This document shows positions 41,261 through 55,590 of a stretch of 64,000 nt of DNA, in pieces. Numbering within the stretch: the stretch's first letter is position 1; every line of letters begins with the position of its first letter. The stretch comes from the human T2T-CHM13v2.0 reference genome, Homo sapiens: NCBI RefSeq assembly GCF_009914755.1, contig NC_060939.1. One strand, 5' to 3'. Position numbers and translations under genes: made by a program. The notes beneath the pieces were generated by a model, which was given only the letters and a program-made list of their open reading frames with translations, made no database searches and was not told the DNA's origin.

Positions 41261-41814
41261 TGAGGCAGGCTGACACTGAAACATACCCCATCCCCCTTGT
41301 GGATGATTCTCACCTTCTGGTATTCACTCCCTTGTGTAGCCCTTTCCCCTTGAGCGAGAGCTGGGCTGGTGATTGCTTCTAACCAATTGAATATGATAAA
41401 TGTAATGGGATTTCACTTCCATGATTAAATTACAAAAGATGAGACCTTCCTTTTCTATCAGACTCTTTCTATTGCCTTCTGGATTTATATGCTTTAATAA
41501 AATAAGTGGTCATGTTGCAAAGGCCAGGTTGGCAAGGGATGGGGGTCCTCAGTCAAACAGCTCTCCAGATACTAGGTTCTGCTACCACCCTGAATGAGCT
41601 TACAAGTAGATCATTTCCCTGAAGTGGGACTCTCAGACAAGACCCCAGCCCCAGCTAACATCTCAATGGAAGCCTAGTCAGAGACCCTGAAATAGAGGAC
41701 CTAGTGAAGCCACGTCTGAGCCCTTTACCCACAGAAACTGGGAAATAATGAATGTATCATTCTGAATTGCTAAGTTGGCTCTAATTTGTTACACAGTAAT
41801 AGATAACTAATGTA
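41261..41814 (+). mobile_element. MaLR solo LTR (MLT1F-type)
   Basis: CTGGTATTCACTCCCTTGTGTAG...CCCACAGAAACTGGGAAATAAT...AATTTGTTACACAGTAATAGATAACTAAT. Confidence 0.85.
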
Positions 41815-41842
41815 CTGTTCTGGTTAGTGTTAAGATTGCCTA

Positions 41843-41930
41843 ACACATGTATGTATATATGTGTGTATACATGTATGTATGTATAAACATATACATATGT
41901 ATATATGTGTACATATACATATATGTGTAT
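41843..41930. repeat. Alternating purine/pyrimidine (TA/TG/CA) tract
   Basis: ACACATGTATGTATATATGTGTGTATAC... Confidence 0.9.
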
Positions 41931-43940
41931 CTCCAGTTTGAATTCAACTAAATGGTTTTAGAATACATCCATAATTTATATAGAGAAATCGATGCTTCCA
42001 AATCATCAGAGAGCATGCATTAGCACATTTCAACCAATATGAGCCAACATAGAAGATGAAAAATACAAATTTATGGTAAAGTGCAGAAATAGACAAAGTT
42101 AGGGTTAGAAAAAAGGGAAACCTTAAGATATGCAAATATTCGTTGTGCTAAATAAGAAAGGTGAAGCTGAATCAAACTTTAGGAAGCGTGTGAAATGCCA
42201 GCACAGACTCTGAAGGTTCATGTGCCTGTTGGTTTCTTTTCCCTTAAAGCAGCTTAAAAATGAGCCAAGCAGTTTGATAAGGGTTTTTTTTTTAATCTAT
42301 ATACACTTCCTTTCTAAAAAAAGCCAAAGTCACACATTGTCTCAATTTGTGTTCACAAAAACCAGATGTATTTTTCTGAAAAGGATGCCTGCACTCCTGG
42401 CTCCCTTCCTCACTCCTCTATAGGTTCAGATAGAGCCCCAGTATTGTATCATAGACCATGAGATAAAACCTAAATTGTAAGGAAGTTGCACAAAGTAAAG
42501 CCTTCCAGTTGAAGTAATAACATAAAATGCATTTGTTTAGAGGCGAGGTTTTTATTTGTTGCTATGGCTGCTGTTATATTTTAAGAATATATTGTAATGA
42601 ATGATTTAATTATACTTCTACCCAGAGACTTTGCAGAAAGGATGCAAATTTAAAATGCAACCAATTGATTAAATGGCTTGCGTATGTGTATAACACACAC
42701 TTTATGTGACTCTATGTGAAGAGGACAGTGGGATCAGTGATTTGATGGTTGACAGTAGAATGTTCAATTCGACCTCATTCCATGTTTTTCCCCTTGGACC
42801 CAGAGGACAGTGCCAAAAAATTTCAGTTGAAGCTTAAGCAGTTTCAGGATTTTTCTTTTGACTTATTAATAAAAGACAGCTGGCAAATTAGCTATTTTTG
42901 AGTTTAGTAGCAGAGTTCATAATCAAATTTATCCATGTTTCCTCAACTCTTACTCCATGTAGGTAAAACTAAAAGAGCCATTTTAACTTGAACTTCGGAT
43001 TCTGTGACAAATAGATACTCTTAAGGTGCTTTTACATACACTTCTGTGTATCAAGGCCTTTTCCTGTGTAAATGGATAAAAGGAAGAAGGTACCCAACCC
43101 ACCCATTCTCAAATGACTCTATCCAGGACCCTTGCTTTGATTAGCTCAATCTCCAATTTAAAAATGCAAACGTGCCTGAGACCGTTAATGCGTCAATACA
43201 GCCATACTTTAATACGGATGAGTTTAGTCTAAGATGCATTTCTGAACAATTTAAATGAGATAGATAGGGGTGGGGAGAATGGGATTTTGGATAAAAGAGA
43301 ATAGGAAGGCCATGTTAGCTTAGAGGGAGAAAGTGCCATTCAATGCACAGTGCAGTGAGTGGGGCAAGTGGCTTGGAACAGCTTTCAAACACTAGGACAG
43401 GGAAAGAAGGGCTAAAAGCAGGACCACCAGTGTATACGTTTATGGACTGCAATCTGTGATTGCAATCTTCCCAGGAAAAGAAACAAAAATGAATGACGAT
43501 TAGGGGTGTGCAAATGCAACTTCCCCAGGTTTTCAGATAAACATTTTTAAATATTCTTTTTCAAAACTATTTTAAATAACTATTGTGTATGTGTGTGTGT
43601 GCATGCACATGTGAAATCCTAAAATTCAAATTATTCCTGCCTTGATGGATTTTCTGATTCCAAAATTCTTGATAAGCTCTGCTAAGCTGATCTTTCTCTC
43701 CCATTTCACTGGTGCCCCAAACATGTGCTTTGGCCAGCTCTGGCTACAAATATATTATTGCTCCAAGTTCTTACAAACAGAACACCAAAAACAAATTTTT
43801 CTGACCATTGATTATGCCTTCAAAACTACCATTTTTGTCATCTTTACCTGACATGTCCTTTAAAATGTGGTCTGCACAGAATGATTTAATTTCTTCACCA
43901 AATACTAACTTGCTCAATCCTTGCAACTTTTCTACCACAT

Positions 43941-44046
43941 AGGGTTGGCAGATAAAATATAGGATGCCTAGCTAAAATCAAATTGCAGATAAACAAATAC
44001 CATGTTAATATAAGCATGTGCCAAATAGTTGCTAAATCTGGCACCT
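43941..44046. mobile_element. MER53, most of one palindromic arm deleted
   Basis: AGGGTTGGCAGATAAAATATAGGATGCCTAGCTAAA...AAATCTGGCACCT. Confidence 0.75.
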
Positions 44047-45899
44047 ACAACCTCACACCTGAAAGTGTCCCTTACCAGTCTTTATGGACCATTACATGCA
44101 ATGACGGGACCATAAGTGGACCAGACACACAACATAGAATCTGAAGGACCATCTGCCCCATTTACTCAATGACTTTGGACACATCGAATATTTCAGAACT
44201 AATTGGAGGCACATCTTCTATGTACACAGTACATGCTCTGAGTGTCAGTTTCAGTGCTAGCCATAGCAAGGTAAAGCAACAGCTCTGTAGAAAAGCAGTG
44301 CTTCTGGACTCTGAAAATATGTTTTCAAGTTTTATTCTTTTCAAGAGGCATTTATTTTTCTCAACAAAAACTTAAAGTGGAGGTCTAATGTATACAGTAT
44401 ACAGAAACGGAACTTCTGTGTTTGAGAGCAGAGACCTGACTTTGCAAATTCTTGGCTCTTCCTTCATTGAAGACCATGGCAATCTCCAGTGGAGACTGGA
44501 ACATTTAGGGCTCCAGCTGACACAGCATGTAAACCACGCTTTTAGTCCACTATCTTGAGTGTAATGCTGCTAACAAGAGAAGACACTGAAGAGAAAAGAA
44601 GAGATAAGAGATGCATTGCCTGCATTCTGGCCTCTTTTGCCATGTTCTCTGTTAAAAGCCAACATAGTTCACTTTGGCATGAATGCCATCAAAATAAAGG
44701 TTTTTTTATTTTTTGCTGTTTTTTTCTTCCTGTTTGGCAATATAAGGAATTCTCTTGGCCATTTAATGATTTACTATGTACAAATTCCCATGTCCAGATT
44801 TGGCGAAACAGCCCATCTGGATCTGCCCTAGGCAAAGAAATAATATCTCTGGCTAGATATAACATCAGTGTAAAGTATCTTAATATGGTTGGCCAGGTAT
44901 GCGAATTCCCTGAAGGTATATGACCTTCATATATATATATTTTAAGAAGGCATATAGTTTAAGAAAGAAGGCAACTAATGGCCACTGGGAGAAAGATTTT
45001 GTTTTGGCCAGGCTTCATTCAGGACAATTTTTCAACCTCACTTAGCTAAAGGCAATGCTAAAAGCCACTTAACTCAAAGATCTGACTGTGTTTGTGTAAG
45101 TGTTTTATTATTACCACTTTATGCAAGTCTAAGAAACATGACTGAATCGTAAGTGAATGAAGCAACTCTTTACCCTTTACAACCAGTTAGGTCTTTGGAG
45201 TTATTAAACCAGCAAAAAGAAACAGTTTGTTCCAGCATTTAGACGGCAAGTGTGCTCACTAAATAAATCTCAACATAAATAAGGTTCTAAATCTATGCAT
45301 TTATTAGGACTCTTTACCAGTGGTGACATTTCTTTGGCCTCTCTTGGAGTTTCTACTTTGCTTTTTTAGTTGAGACAATCACACTAGTAGGAAATATAGC
45401 ATTAGTCATCTCTAATCTTCAGAACATGCCCTTCTTACAGAGGTATAATTTGACGAGTCTCAGAAACATTTCTATCAGAACAAAGGGATTGAGTAGGCAC
45501 AAGCTGAGAACGTTTTGGGGAGGGACGACTTCACTGTGTTAAGTGTTTACTTGGCACTCTACAGCATCTTCATGTTGGCTATAGACACACTTCAGCCACA
45601 AAGCTAAAAAGAGCACATTTGCTTGTCTGACTGCCTTTCCATGTTTCATTATCTTAAACCCATCAAAGGTACATTTATTTTACTGAAAACTTAGTAAGTC
45701 AGTGTCAGAGCTACTCTTCCCATTTTTACAAATGGAATCATACATCAACTTTCAATTACCAGGGATATCTGGTAGAAGAAAAAAATTCACAGATTAATTC
45801 TGAATCTTAATTTGGCAATTGATTTCAGCCTTCCCTTCTTCAGAACAATTCTCGGTGAGCAGCCAGATGATCTAGAAAGTGACTGAATTGAGTAATAAT

Positions 45900-46065
45900 A
45901 GTATCAATATTAATTATATGACTACGATTTTCGAAGTGTTTTCACATTCATCATCTCATTTAGTTTTCACAAACTCTCTGTGATGGAGATAGAAAGTGTG
46001 AGCTTTATTTCTCTTTCAACATGAGAAAACAGAGAATGAAAGTTCAGATCACTTGCCTAGGTATT
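45900..46065 (-). mobile_element. MIR
   Basis: TTTTCACATTCATCATCTCATTTAGTTTTCACAAAC...ATGAGAAAACAGAG...CACTTGCCTAGG. Confidence 0.7.
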
Positions 46066-47679
46066 TGGCCTGATTCTTTCTCTATAATACTATACCTAGA
46101 GAATCCAAGATTTAGCAACCGTAGTACCACTTTGTTACCTGTACATTCGTATTTGGTGAGCTGACAATGAGCTCATGAATTGAGGATATAAATACAGCAA
46201 ACCTGGTTTTTAACAAAATGTTTTAACACTTTCATGGGATTCCTTCCCAAGATCCTGAGAACTCAGTTTTGTGAATTTCCTAAGCACTGTGTGAATTTAC
46301 TAAGCCCACCTTTCTCTTCTTTCTTTTTGTTCATGGTTGTTTTATTCTAATGAGTAGTCTAGTCTATAGAACAATGTAAATCTTAAATGGTTTATACATT
46401 TTATGCTGTTAACAGGCCAAAATACAAGGCATCATTTACAATGGAAAATGGAATAACAAAGTTTTGTTCAAATGAAAGTGTCCTAACCTGTGCTGTTTTA
46501 TATTCTAGATTCAAACACATGATCTAGAAGTTGAGAAGTTTCCAGAGAGTCAGATATCCTGCCTAAGATCTTTTCACTTCTTCTTACCACGTATAAATAA
46601 AAGACGACATTTTTGAGGCATGAAACACCGAGTCTCACACTCATTTGTCCTCTTATCATCTCCCTGTCTCTTCTGGCTCAAGAATCCAAAAGCCAGTATT
46701 CCATTCCTAGCTTTGGCAGAAGATGAGAAGCAGAGAAAAATGAAATGGAAATATCAGTCAGAGAATACTTGCCTTTATTGTATTTTCTTTCCTAAAACTA
46801 ATTATTCTGGCTTGAGAAGGAGAAGAATAATAAAACGCTGTGAATCTTTACTTGATTTCAAAATTTGCTTAGATACAAAATATTGGGTAGGGCTTAGTTG
46901 AAAAGCTATTAGTTTTCCTTATGTTAGCTACAAGTTCAAACCCTTTCATGTGGTCATTTTTCTATTATTTCATAACATATTTCCCGCCTTTCAACTAAAA
47001 AGTAAATACCCTGGTTTAGAAACAATAAATTTGGTTTTCACTTTTAAAATAGAGCTAGAATGTAATTTGAAGGGTCAGGTAAACTGATATTGTCAAAAAT
47101 GCTAGCAGCCAGACTCACGAATTTACACCTCAGCCATTTCCAACATACTAGGAATTCTAAGTGTCTTGTCACCTCTTACATATTCTACTGAGAGACCACA
47201 GTCCTGGAAGGGGAAGCCTTCCTGTGTCCTTTCCACAGCTTCTCCTACTGAATAAATTTTATTTATCTTTCAAGATTCAGTGTAGGTATCAACTTCTCCT
47301 AGCCCTCCCTGACTTCCCAGTTGTGTTGTTAGCCCCTTGTGGGTATCTCAAAATCCTAGACACTTTTCTTGGTGCCATTTGCACATGATTAAACCTGCAA
47401 GGTGGACCTCATTTTTGCCATTTGACACATACAGAAGCCAAGGTTCAGTGAGGCACAAGAACCTGCCCAAGGTCATGGTTGATTCAGGATTTATTTGTGG
47501 TTTGAATTCAGAGATCATCTGTAGACTGTACTCAGGGATTCTACCTGGGAAGGCAAGTTGGTTTATTTTACATGTACCTGAAGAATCATATCAACGTTAT
47601 TGGTCAGCTTGGAAATGCTCACAGGGGAAATGTTCTAGGCTAAAATGCTAAGCAATGTGCTACAGGACTCTGCCATAGA

Positions 47680-47910
47680 AAGCTAGTTCAGTGAGCTACT
47701 TCACGGAAACAGGAACCCTTAACTGAATCAGTATTGGAAAGCCATACTATTCTTGGAGATTTGCAGCTCACATTAGCCTAGTTAAGGCTTTAAGAAATCC
47801 TGCAAGAAAATAACTGGTTGAACCTTGTTTTATTCATTGGCTCTCAAACTTATTTGATCGTAGAGTATCCTTATCATCCTTTAGAAATAATGCTTCCTGG
47901 AGAAAAATGT
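47680..47910. mobile_element. Old hAT-Charlie element fragment
   Basis: CACATTAGCCTAGTTAAGGCTTTAAGAAATCCTGCA...CAAACTTATTTGA. Subfamily uncertain. Confidence 0.45.
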
Positions 47911-50900
47911 TCAGCAAGGTAGAACCTGGGGGCCTTGAGAACCAATTTCCCCATCTGGAGCAGACTAGGAACAGTTCCTGAGGAACTCTTACTCCTCTAG
48001 GCTGAGCTGGAGGACATATCCACCATATGATTAAAGAACTTTCCCACTGCTCAGCACAGGATTAGTTGTCAAGGCATTAAGATGTTCCTTTAATCAGCTC
48101 CACATGGTATCTGTACTTCAGATCTTTACACAGGATGGCCTCCTGAAATTCTCTGCTCTCTTTTATGCTTATCAAATATCTTAATGGGAGATGCACTACT
48201 CAGAAGTCTCATGTGTAACGCGGATGAAAAACAACAGCCCCTGTGTTGGGAATAGGAGTGTGGATATCTACCCTCTAGAGTCATTTTCCACCACCTCCCA
48301 CGTGCACCAGAATGATCACCTCCAGGGCGTTTGGTTTAAATGCACTTTCTAAATTTTACAGTAGGTTCAGGCAAGATGAAAACAGAGTTAGATTTTTTCC
48401 TGCAATATTTTACCTATTCACACACTTGCTTTTACTGTATTTTATCTGGATGTTAGGTCACTGGAATACTTTAAGGACTATACAATGAATGGTCCCATCA
48501 AAGTGAATATTTTAATTATTGTGTAGATGTTGGCAAGCCTCCCACCCATCATATAGCACAGTGTTTTCCAAATGAGAATCCATGGGACAATTTTCCCTCT
48601 CATCTCAATAACTGGAAAATCTCTCCCACTTGGTTTTAGCCTATAGCCTATTATCTTATAAATCTTTGTAACTGATCACATTTCCCACTTTGCTTTGATC
48701 TCTAGAAAGTAAATTTGATGCCAAAATTTTGTTTACTTCCAGCAACTTTGTAATATCCCCATGGAAGTTAGGCCTTGCATATTAGTCTTATTCTGTCCTT
48801 TTTCCTTATCCAAATTTTTCCTTTACCAGAAGTCCTTCCATTATTTGTATTTATCCTATATTCACACACACATATACATATATGCACACATACATGTACA
48901 CCTATGTGCACATATTTACGAACAAATTTAAATCCTTTGTGGAATGGGCCGGGGCATAAAGAATTAGTGTGTGTGCACATCTATCTCAGTGTCTAGCTTA
49001 GTGCCTTATGATAGAAGGTGCTAGATAAACATTTCCAGATTAATAAGTGGGGAGATGAAATTTATGTGAAACATCTTCGATGTCAAATTCTCCAGTAGCT
49101 TTATTAATGCTAACCTTTCTATTACATCCATGCTGGAAAATGCTTCTGAAGCATTTGCCTTATTATCACTTACCAAAGGAACTTCACAAAAGACCCTGCT
49201 GGTACATAACTATGCGTTGCTGATGACAGCTGCCAGGGTGCAGTGCTGAGAAGTGCTGAGAAGGAGCTGGGGCTGACTCCAGGCCTGGAAAGTGCAGGGT
49301 TGGTTAATGTTGTCTCCATTTGATAGAGAAGGCGAGAGTTGTGCACTGCCACCAACTCACCATTCCTACCTAACGGGAATGTTCTCAACAAAATAACTTC
49401 TTTTGCCTATATCTAATCCATGACATAGAAAAGAAACCAGTGTTCTCTTAAACAAAGACATATTCGGCCACTTAATAATTTCCAAATTTTCATTTGTTTC
49501 TGCAGTTATTCCTCCAATTGGTGTCAAAATCAATTAAGGAAAGAATCTTTAGCTTGGCATAGTTTTAATTCTGTTAGAACATTAATCTTCTATTGCCCTA
49601 AAGGTTTAGGATATCACTAAAACACTTTCCCATTGATTCCCACATGTATTTTTCACACAAGCAAGATTAAAATATATGTAAGCATGTTTCCGAACAAGCT
49701 GGTATAAAAACAGGGATTAAATTTTACTCACCACACTCCTAACTAAATTTCACAGATGTTTTATGTGAATTAAGGATTGTAAAACACTTAGAACAAAAGA
49801 GCAAGTGCAGTGATTACCTTAAACTCAGTTTTAATGCCAGACAAGTTATTGCATCTGTTACCAAATGGAATTTCAAATTAACAAATCTCTATAACCTGTT
49901 CATACCATTAAATGGAACCCTGGTATTTAAATGTCTAAATTGTAAAAATTTCAAGTCATAGGCATGAATTAATTTGTTTTGAAATTTAATACTTGTATGG
50001 AACTTGTACAATGGAAGGAAAATCGTTTCATGTAAGACAAATTATTTTCCAGAATTCTAGCCTGCCATAGTCTTTGACAAAATCATGTGACCTTTCTAAC
50101 TGATTTTAATATTTTGGTTCAGTACTCATAGAATAATCTGCCCACCGCTGTTTCACATAAAGTTACTTCATTATCATCAAGAATCTGTATACAAAACCTT
50201 CTAAAATTTTGATATTGGGGAAAAAATTAAAACATCGCTAGGTAGCAATCATTTTCCATGGAATGGTTGTATTTCTGAGTGTTCATAGCATTACTTTATC
50301 CAAATATATCTCACATAGATATATTCCCTGAAAGGTATAAAATAAAGTGGATTGAGATGGATTAGACTAATTAATGGATATGAACTGGCCTTTCACCCTA
50401 AGAGTTGTGGACAAGTTCACTCTAGGAACTTAAATCAGGATTTGCTGTTGTAAGCCCTAGTAGACATCAATTCACATCATATAATTTGGCAGAGTTGGCC
50501 CAGAAATGAACTTGCTGTGGATTTGATCCTCCCAGTCATAGTTGGGGCAGCACAGGGAAAGAAAATAAAAGCATGTACAGACACACACATCCAAACCATT
50601 GCAAGTGTCTGAATTTTGTGAAAAAGATCAAAGGCTCCACTTTAAAAGGTTCTACTTGAATGTATTGGCTACCAATGAAAATCTTACAAAATAATATTAT
50701 ATTTTAGTTCATCACTCTGCTTTTAGTTAAGTTGAAGAATGAGAAGTAATCTATTTATTTATACCCTCATTTAAGTCTAGTGGATATTCATCCTGTAAAA
50801 CAAATAGTATTCGAGGCATATAAGCATCATCAACTTTTACCTGAATTCCTCTGTAGTCTGATTAAAAATAAATTCCATAAAGAAATAACATTTTCCCAAA

Positions 50901-53869
50901 GAGCATACCTTTTTTGAAAATATATATCTTATTGCATTTACAAACAAACTCATTGTAAATATAAATAAATATACATATGTGTGTTTGTTTTAGTCTTATT
51001 TATAACTAGCCTATGAGACAGCTTTTCGGTGAGTACCCCGCTTTCTGTCCTAAACAAAAATCATGGACAGCTATCCCAATGATGAGAGTCACCAGTCAAG
51101 CCAGGACAGAAGGTCCCAGAGGAACCCCCTGCCAACTGAGTACTGCAGGGCTTGGGCCACAGGTCAGCCAGCCAGTGAGGGCGCTGAGCTGGTTTGAATA
51201 AGAAAGCTGTGAATGACAGAGGGGCGGATGGATTTCAAGGAAGCCTTCTGTCACGGTGACCATGCTAGCATGATGAAGCACTGCTCGGGGCCTTGGAGAG
51301 TAAGATTGCTGTTAGTGAATATTTGTACACTTGGCAGTAAGAATATTATTTTACTGTTAATGCAATTTTCTCAATACTTGGTGGCTGAAATACACAGCAC
51401 AACCTTTTCTTAAAGGTCACGTATCCAAAAAAAAAAAAAAAAAGGAAAGGAATCCTTTTTTCTAAAAACAAAATATTCTTTTGTTAAAGAGAAAGAAAAA
51501 AAAAAGCTATGTGAAGTTCATGCCAGATCTGAAGAGTTTTAGCTGAGACACTTATTTGTCTGCAGTCAATGCAAAATTTGTTACGCGTTTTTAAGTTCTA
51601 AATGCAGAATCCATTTGAAGAGATGTTAGAGGCTTCTACCTGAAACATCCACATCCAGTAGTAACAAGTGTGATTAGAATACGTTACAGCAGCCTCCCAG
51701 TGCATTTAGCTTAAATAAGCTCTGCCTCATCTCCGCATTTCTGTTTTTAGGGCATTTGAAAATATGTTCCATAAAGTAATAAATAAGTTGATACCAAGAT
51801 ATTTACATGTCTTATTAATAAAATTATAATCATTGTACATAGGGAATACTAGTTAACTCTCCTTAGCAATAACTTTTGGGCTTTTCTTTAGATTTATAGC
51901 TGATGATTGATTTAGGAAGGGTGAAATAAAAATTATTATGCGATTTTGTAAGTATGAAATTTTTTGAAAAATCAAATTGTGCACACAGAGCAATGGAATT
52001 TGGCAAGTAACTTCCAGTGCAGCATTATATCGTAATTATCAGATAACTATGCTTTCTGTTTCTGATCTGTAAAGGAGCCAAAATAAATTGTTTTAGTTTA
52101 CAAGCTCTTTTCTATTATCTGTCTTAGCACCTCCCAACCCACTATTTTTTCTCCCCTAAGCTTCAGTGGGATGTAAGCCATCTTTGTGTTCTTAATATTA
52201 AGATAGAGAATAAGAAGTCATAAAGATTCTACAGATTTATAAAGATCAATCGTGTGTTCTTTTTCCTTTAATACATTGTTAAAAAGACTTTCTGCATCAA
52301 AGTCTATGATAAGTTCATTCTGATGAGAAAATTAGAAAGTCGGACGTATTTATACCAGTCATGGGGAATGTGCATGTAGTTAAATAGGTCATTTCCAATT
52401 TTAACAATTCCACCCCCAATTTCATTCAGCATCTTTGACACAGAAACCCAGTTTAACTCCTCCTGGGAGGGGTAAAGCCCTGGAGCAGCAATTCCCTGAG
52501 TGGGGCTGGCGCATCCCTGGGATAGCTCCTTTACTTAAGGAGACTTTCTCCAACGTGCTGCTGCTCCCGGCAGATGTGCTGGTGAGACACCAGGGAAGGA
52601 AAAATTATTTAAAACATAAAAGGAAATTCACAAAACGTATTAACTGCTGTGACTGAAGGAGACCAAAGAAACACTAGTTGTTACAAAAAAAAAAAAAAGT
52701 AAAATAAGGGCCCCAGATTTGAGCTCATGTATGTTTATTCATCTGTAAAAACATGTAGTGTGCTACCCATACCTTTATTTCCTTTCTAATTTTATATGGT
52801 GTGTTTAAGCTCCGGGATTTCTTTGTAGAACAATTAGTTTACAATTGGCAAAGATGCCAATGACTAGTTTCTTCTCATTGGAGAAAGTTAATTAATTTCT
52901 TCCTCGTTGGCTTTTGCTAATGGAGGCAAAGATTGCATTCAATACCGTTTTTGCTGTGTTTACCAAAAGCCGGAGAAGCCAAAACCTCTTGCCAAGTTTC
53001 TTCAAGTTGCAATCTGGAATCACCTTTAACTGCCCGCATAATTTGTTGAGACTACACACAGAAGAAATAATGTATGTAGTAAATGTCTTGCAAGGAATAA
53101 CAATGGTTACTGATACAGAGGCGGATGGCAGAGTAAATTGGGTCACTGACCTTGAACCTCTAAAGGCCCGAGGTTAGATCTGGATTAAATCACGAGTGAA
53201 ATGATCACAGAGGTTTTGCTTCAAAAATTAGCACTCAGGTTGATTCACTTTGACAGGAAAAGGCAAGGGTGCCAGTGACTAAATTAAATAGAATTAGATT
53301 GTTATGCCTAAGTGGGGCATCTGTTGAGGATGAAGCTTTATTCTCATACATCTTAACCTACTGAATACCCAAGTTGGATTTTTTTAATAATATATGGTAT
53401 AAAAATAGTTTTGAGATGGCATAAAGGATATCAAGATAGCATAAGAGGCTAAAAATGTACAGTGGCTGCACTAATTTGGCAAAAATAGCTTAGAACTTAA
53501 TTACAGTTGAGTGCCAGTCCTTGGAACAGAAAGTATTCTGTTAAGTTTATGTTCAGTTTCCCCCGTTACCAAGTCTCTCCCCAGTATTTGGGAAAATATC
53601 TCCAGTCATCTGATGAATGCTGTGATTGTGTGGGACCTAAAATCTCAAAAGGAAGACCTATTTTAAAAAAGAAGTAAATCTATATTTGATAAGAGGTACC
53701 ATTTTTAATGAGTATTGTGAAAGTTCCAGAAACTATGTAAAATATTATATTATTATAATTATTTCAATTGCTTTCCAAAGTATAGCATAAGAAAATTTCA
53801 AGTGATACAAAAACAGAAATTATGTAGTTATAAAGTCATTCCTTTAATTTTAATTATTTCACTTCAAGA

Positions 53870-54270
53870 AAATTGCATTTTATTTACTTTTTAATAAGTA
53901 TCACATTCACTTATTTTTTGAATAAGTATCACATTCGATTCAGATTTCGAAAGCTAGTACAATAAAAATTACCCATTAGCCCGTGTTCATTTCATTCTTT
54001 TCTCATCCTATAAATATTTTTGTGAATCTTCTAGAGATATTTTTACTCAGATGCAATAACCAAATGTATATATGTATATGTAGAGTATGTGTGTGCATAT
54101 GTATATTGGATACATTGTTTTGCTGTAACAATACATATTTAAAATTATTTTGTATCAGTAATAAAGAGGCTTATTATGCTCTTAATTAGCCATATAATAG
54201 TTTACCTAGTTTTCTTTCAATCCTCAGTTGTATAAAGGGGAAAGTATTGGTGCAGTGTCAGTATTTCTGA
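53870..54270 (-). mobile_element. Old L1M 3' fragment
   Basis: Antisense L1M-like terminus with an internal duplication of AATAAGTATCACATTC. Confidence 0.5.
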
Positions 54271-55477
54271 AGTGACTTTTTAACTTGTCCCAATCTCTCT
54301 TTTGTACAAAAATAAAGATAAAAAAGAAAAGAAAATAGATGGCAGAGATGTACATAATCTTAAGAAAATTAAGGCAAAGCTCTGCCATAGTGAGATAAGT
54401 AGGAGCCATGAAATTCAGTGACATAAGATGTGGGGTTATGTTACGGGGAGGATGTTGAAGAGATCTAGGCCAGCATGCAGAGTGATTCAGCCAGGAAGTC
54501 TCAGAGTGTTGCTGTGGGATTCCCGTCCACCCACATTCCATATGCACTTTGGTACCACCTGATCGCACTTGTCTACTCTGGCTTAAATATCAGTGAGGAT
54601 CCTCCATCCTTCAGCTGGCTGGAATTTCCAAGACAGTGGCCATGATTCCAGGACCCTCCCACTTCATTGGTATCCATGTTGTTCACCTGATCCAGAGAGA
54701 TGCAGTCAGAAGACTCCTAGGAGAGCTGCTATCTGTGTCTTAGCTTCCCAAGACCAGATAATTTGCTATTTATCTTCCCTGTCTTGCCCTTGGCACCATA
54801 TTTCACTACCCACATCTTTGAGATAAGAACTGTTCAAACTGCATAGGTCCACCGTGAACATCAACCCTACACAAAACTATATTCTCCATGCAAATTGATT
54901 GTGCATGCTCTGTTGATCAAATATGCTGGCGTAACTATCTGTGTTATTACCTTCCTTAGGCCTGTCTATAGGACACCTTCAATGAGGACTATAAGACATG
55001 GAGATGTGGTGGTGTTTACAGATGACATGCTGCTAGATTCAGGGTACCCAGACTCCCAGTGCCATTGCCTTTCAATCTCCATATTTTTTAACATTGTTAG
55101 GTGTCTTTCCTCAACCAGATGAGGAGCTCAGTGTGATTATATCTTCTATTTCTTCTGTAACCACATCCTAATGAGCTTGACCTAAACAGATTTTTTAAAT
55201 GCTTATCTAATGCTTCACATATAGTTGATACCAAATAAATGTGTGCCTCCTGTGTGACTTTCTCCCTTCCTTCAAAGCATAGGTTCTGAAGCTAAAATCG
55301 CTCTTACTAGATAAACAATCTCCTCCTTGGCAGGCACCAGTGCCTGACACATAACAAGCACTCAATACATGTTTGTGGAACCCAATGATTTGAAAGTGAA
55401 TCCAGAGTTTACTGGTCTTTACTAAAACTCCGAATCTCAACCTCTCACACTATGAAAGGGGTATTAGAAATACTTTG

Positions 55478-55590
55478 GGAAAGGAGGAGAGGGAAGGGAA
55501 AGGGAGGGAAGAGGAAGACAAAGGAGGGGAGTGGAGGGGAGGGGATGGGATACAAAAGGAGAGGAGGGAAGGTAAGAGGAAGAAGAAAAT
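55478..55590 (+). repeat. Polypurine (GA-rich) tract with G4 motifs
   Basis: GGGAAGGGAAAGGGAGGG at 55491-55508 and GGGG-GGGG-GGGG-GGG at 55526-55549. Confidence 0.9.
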
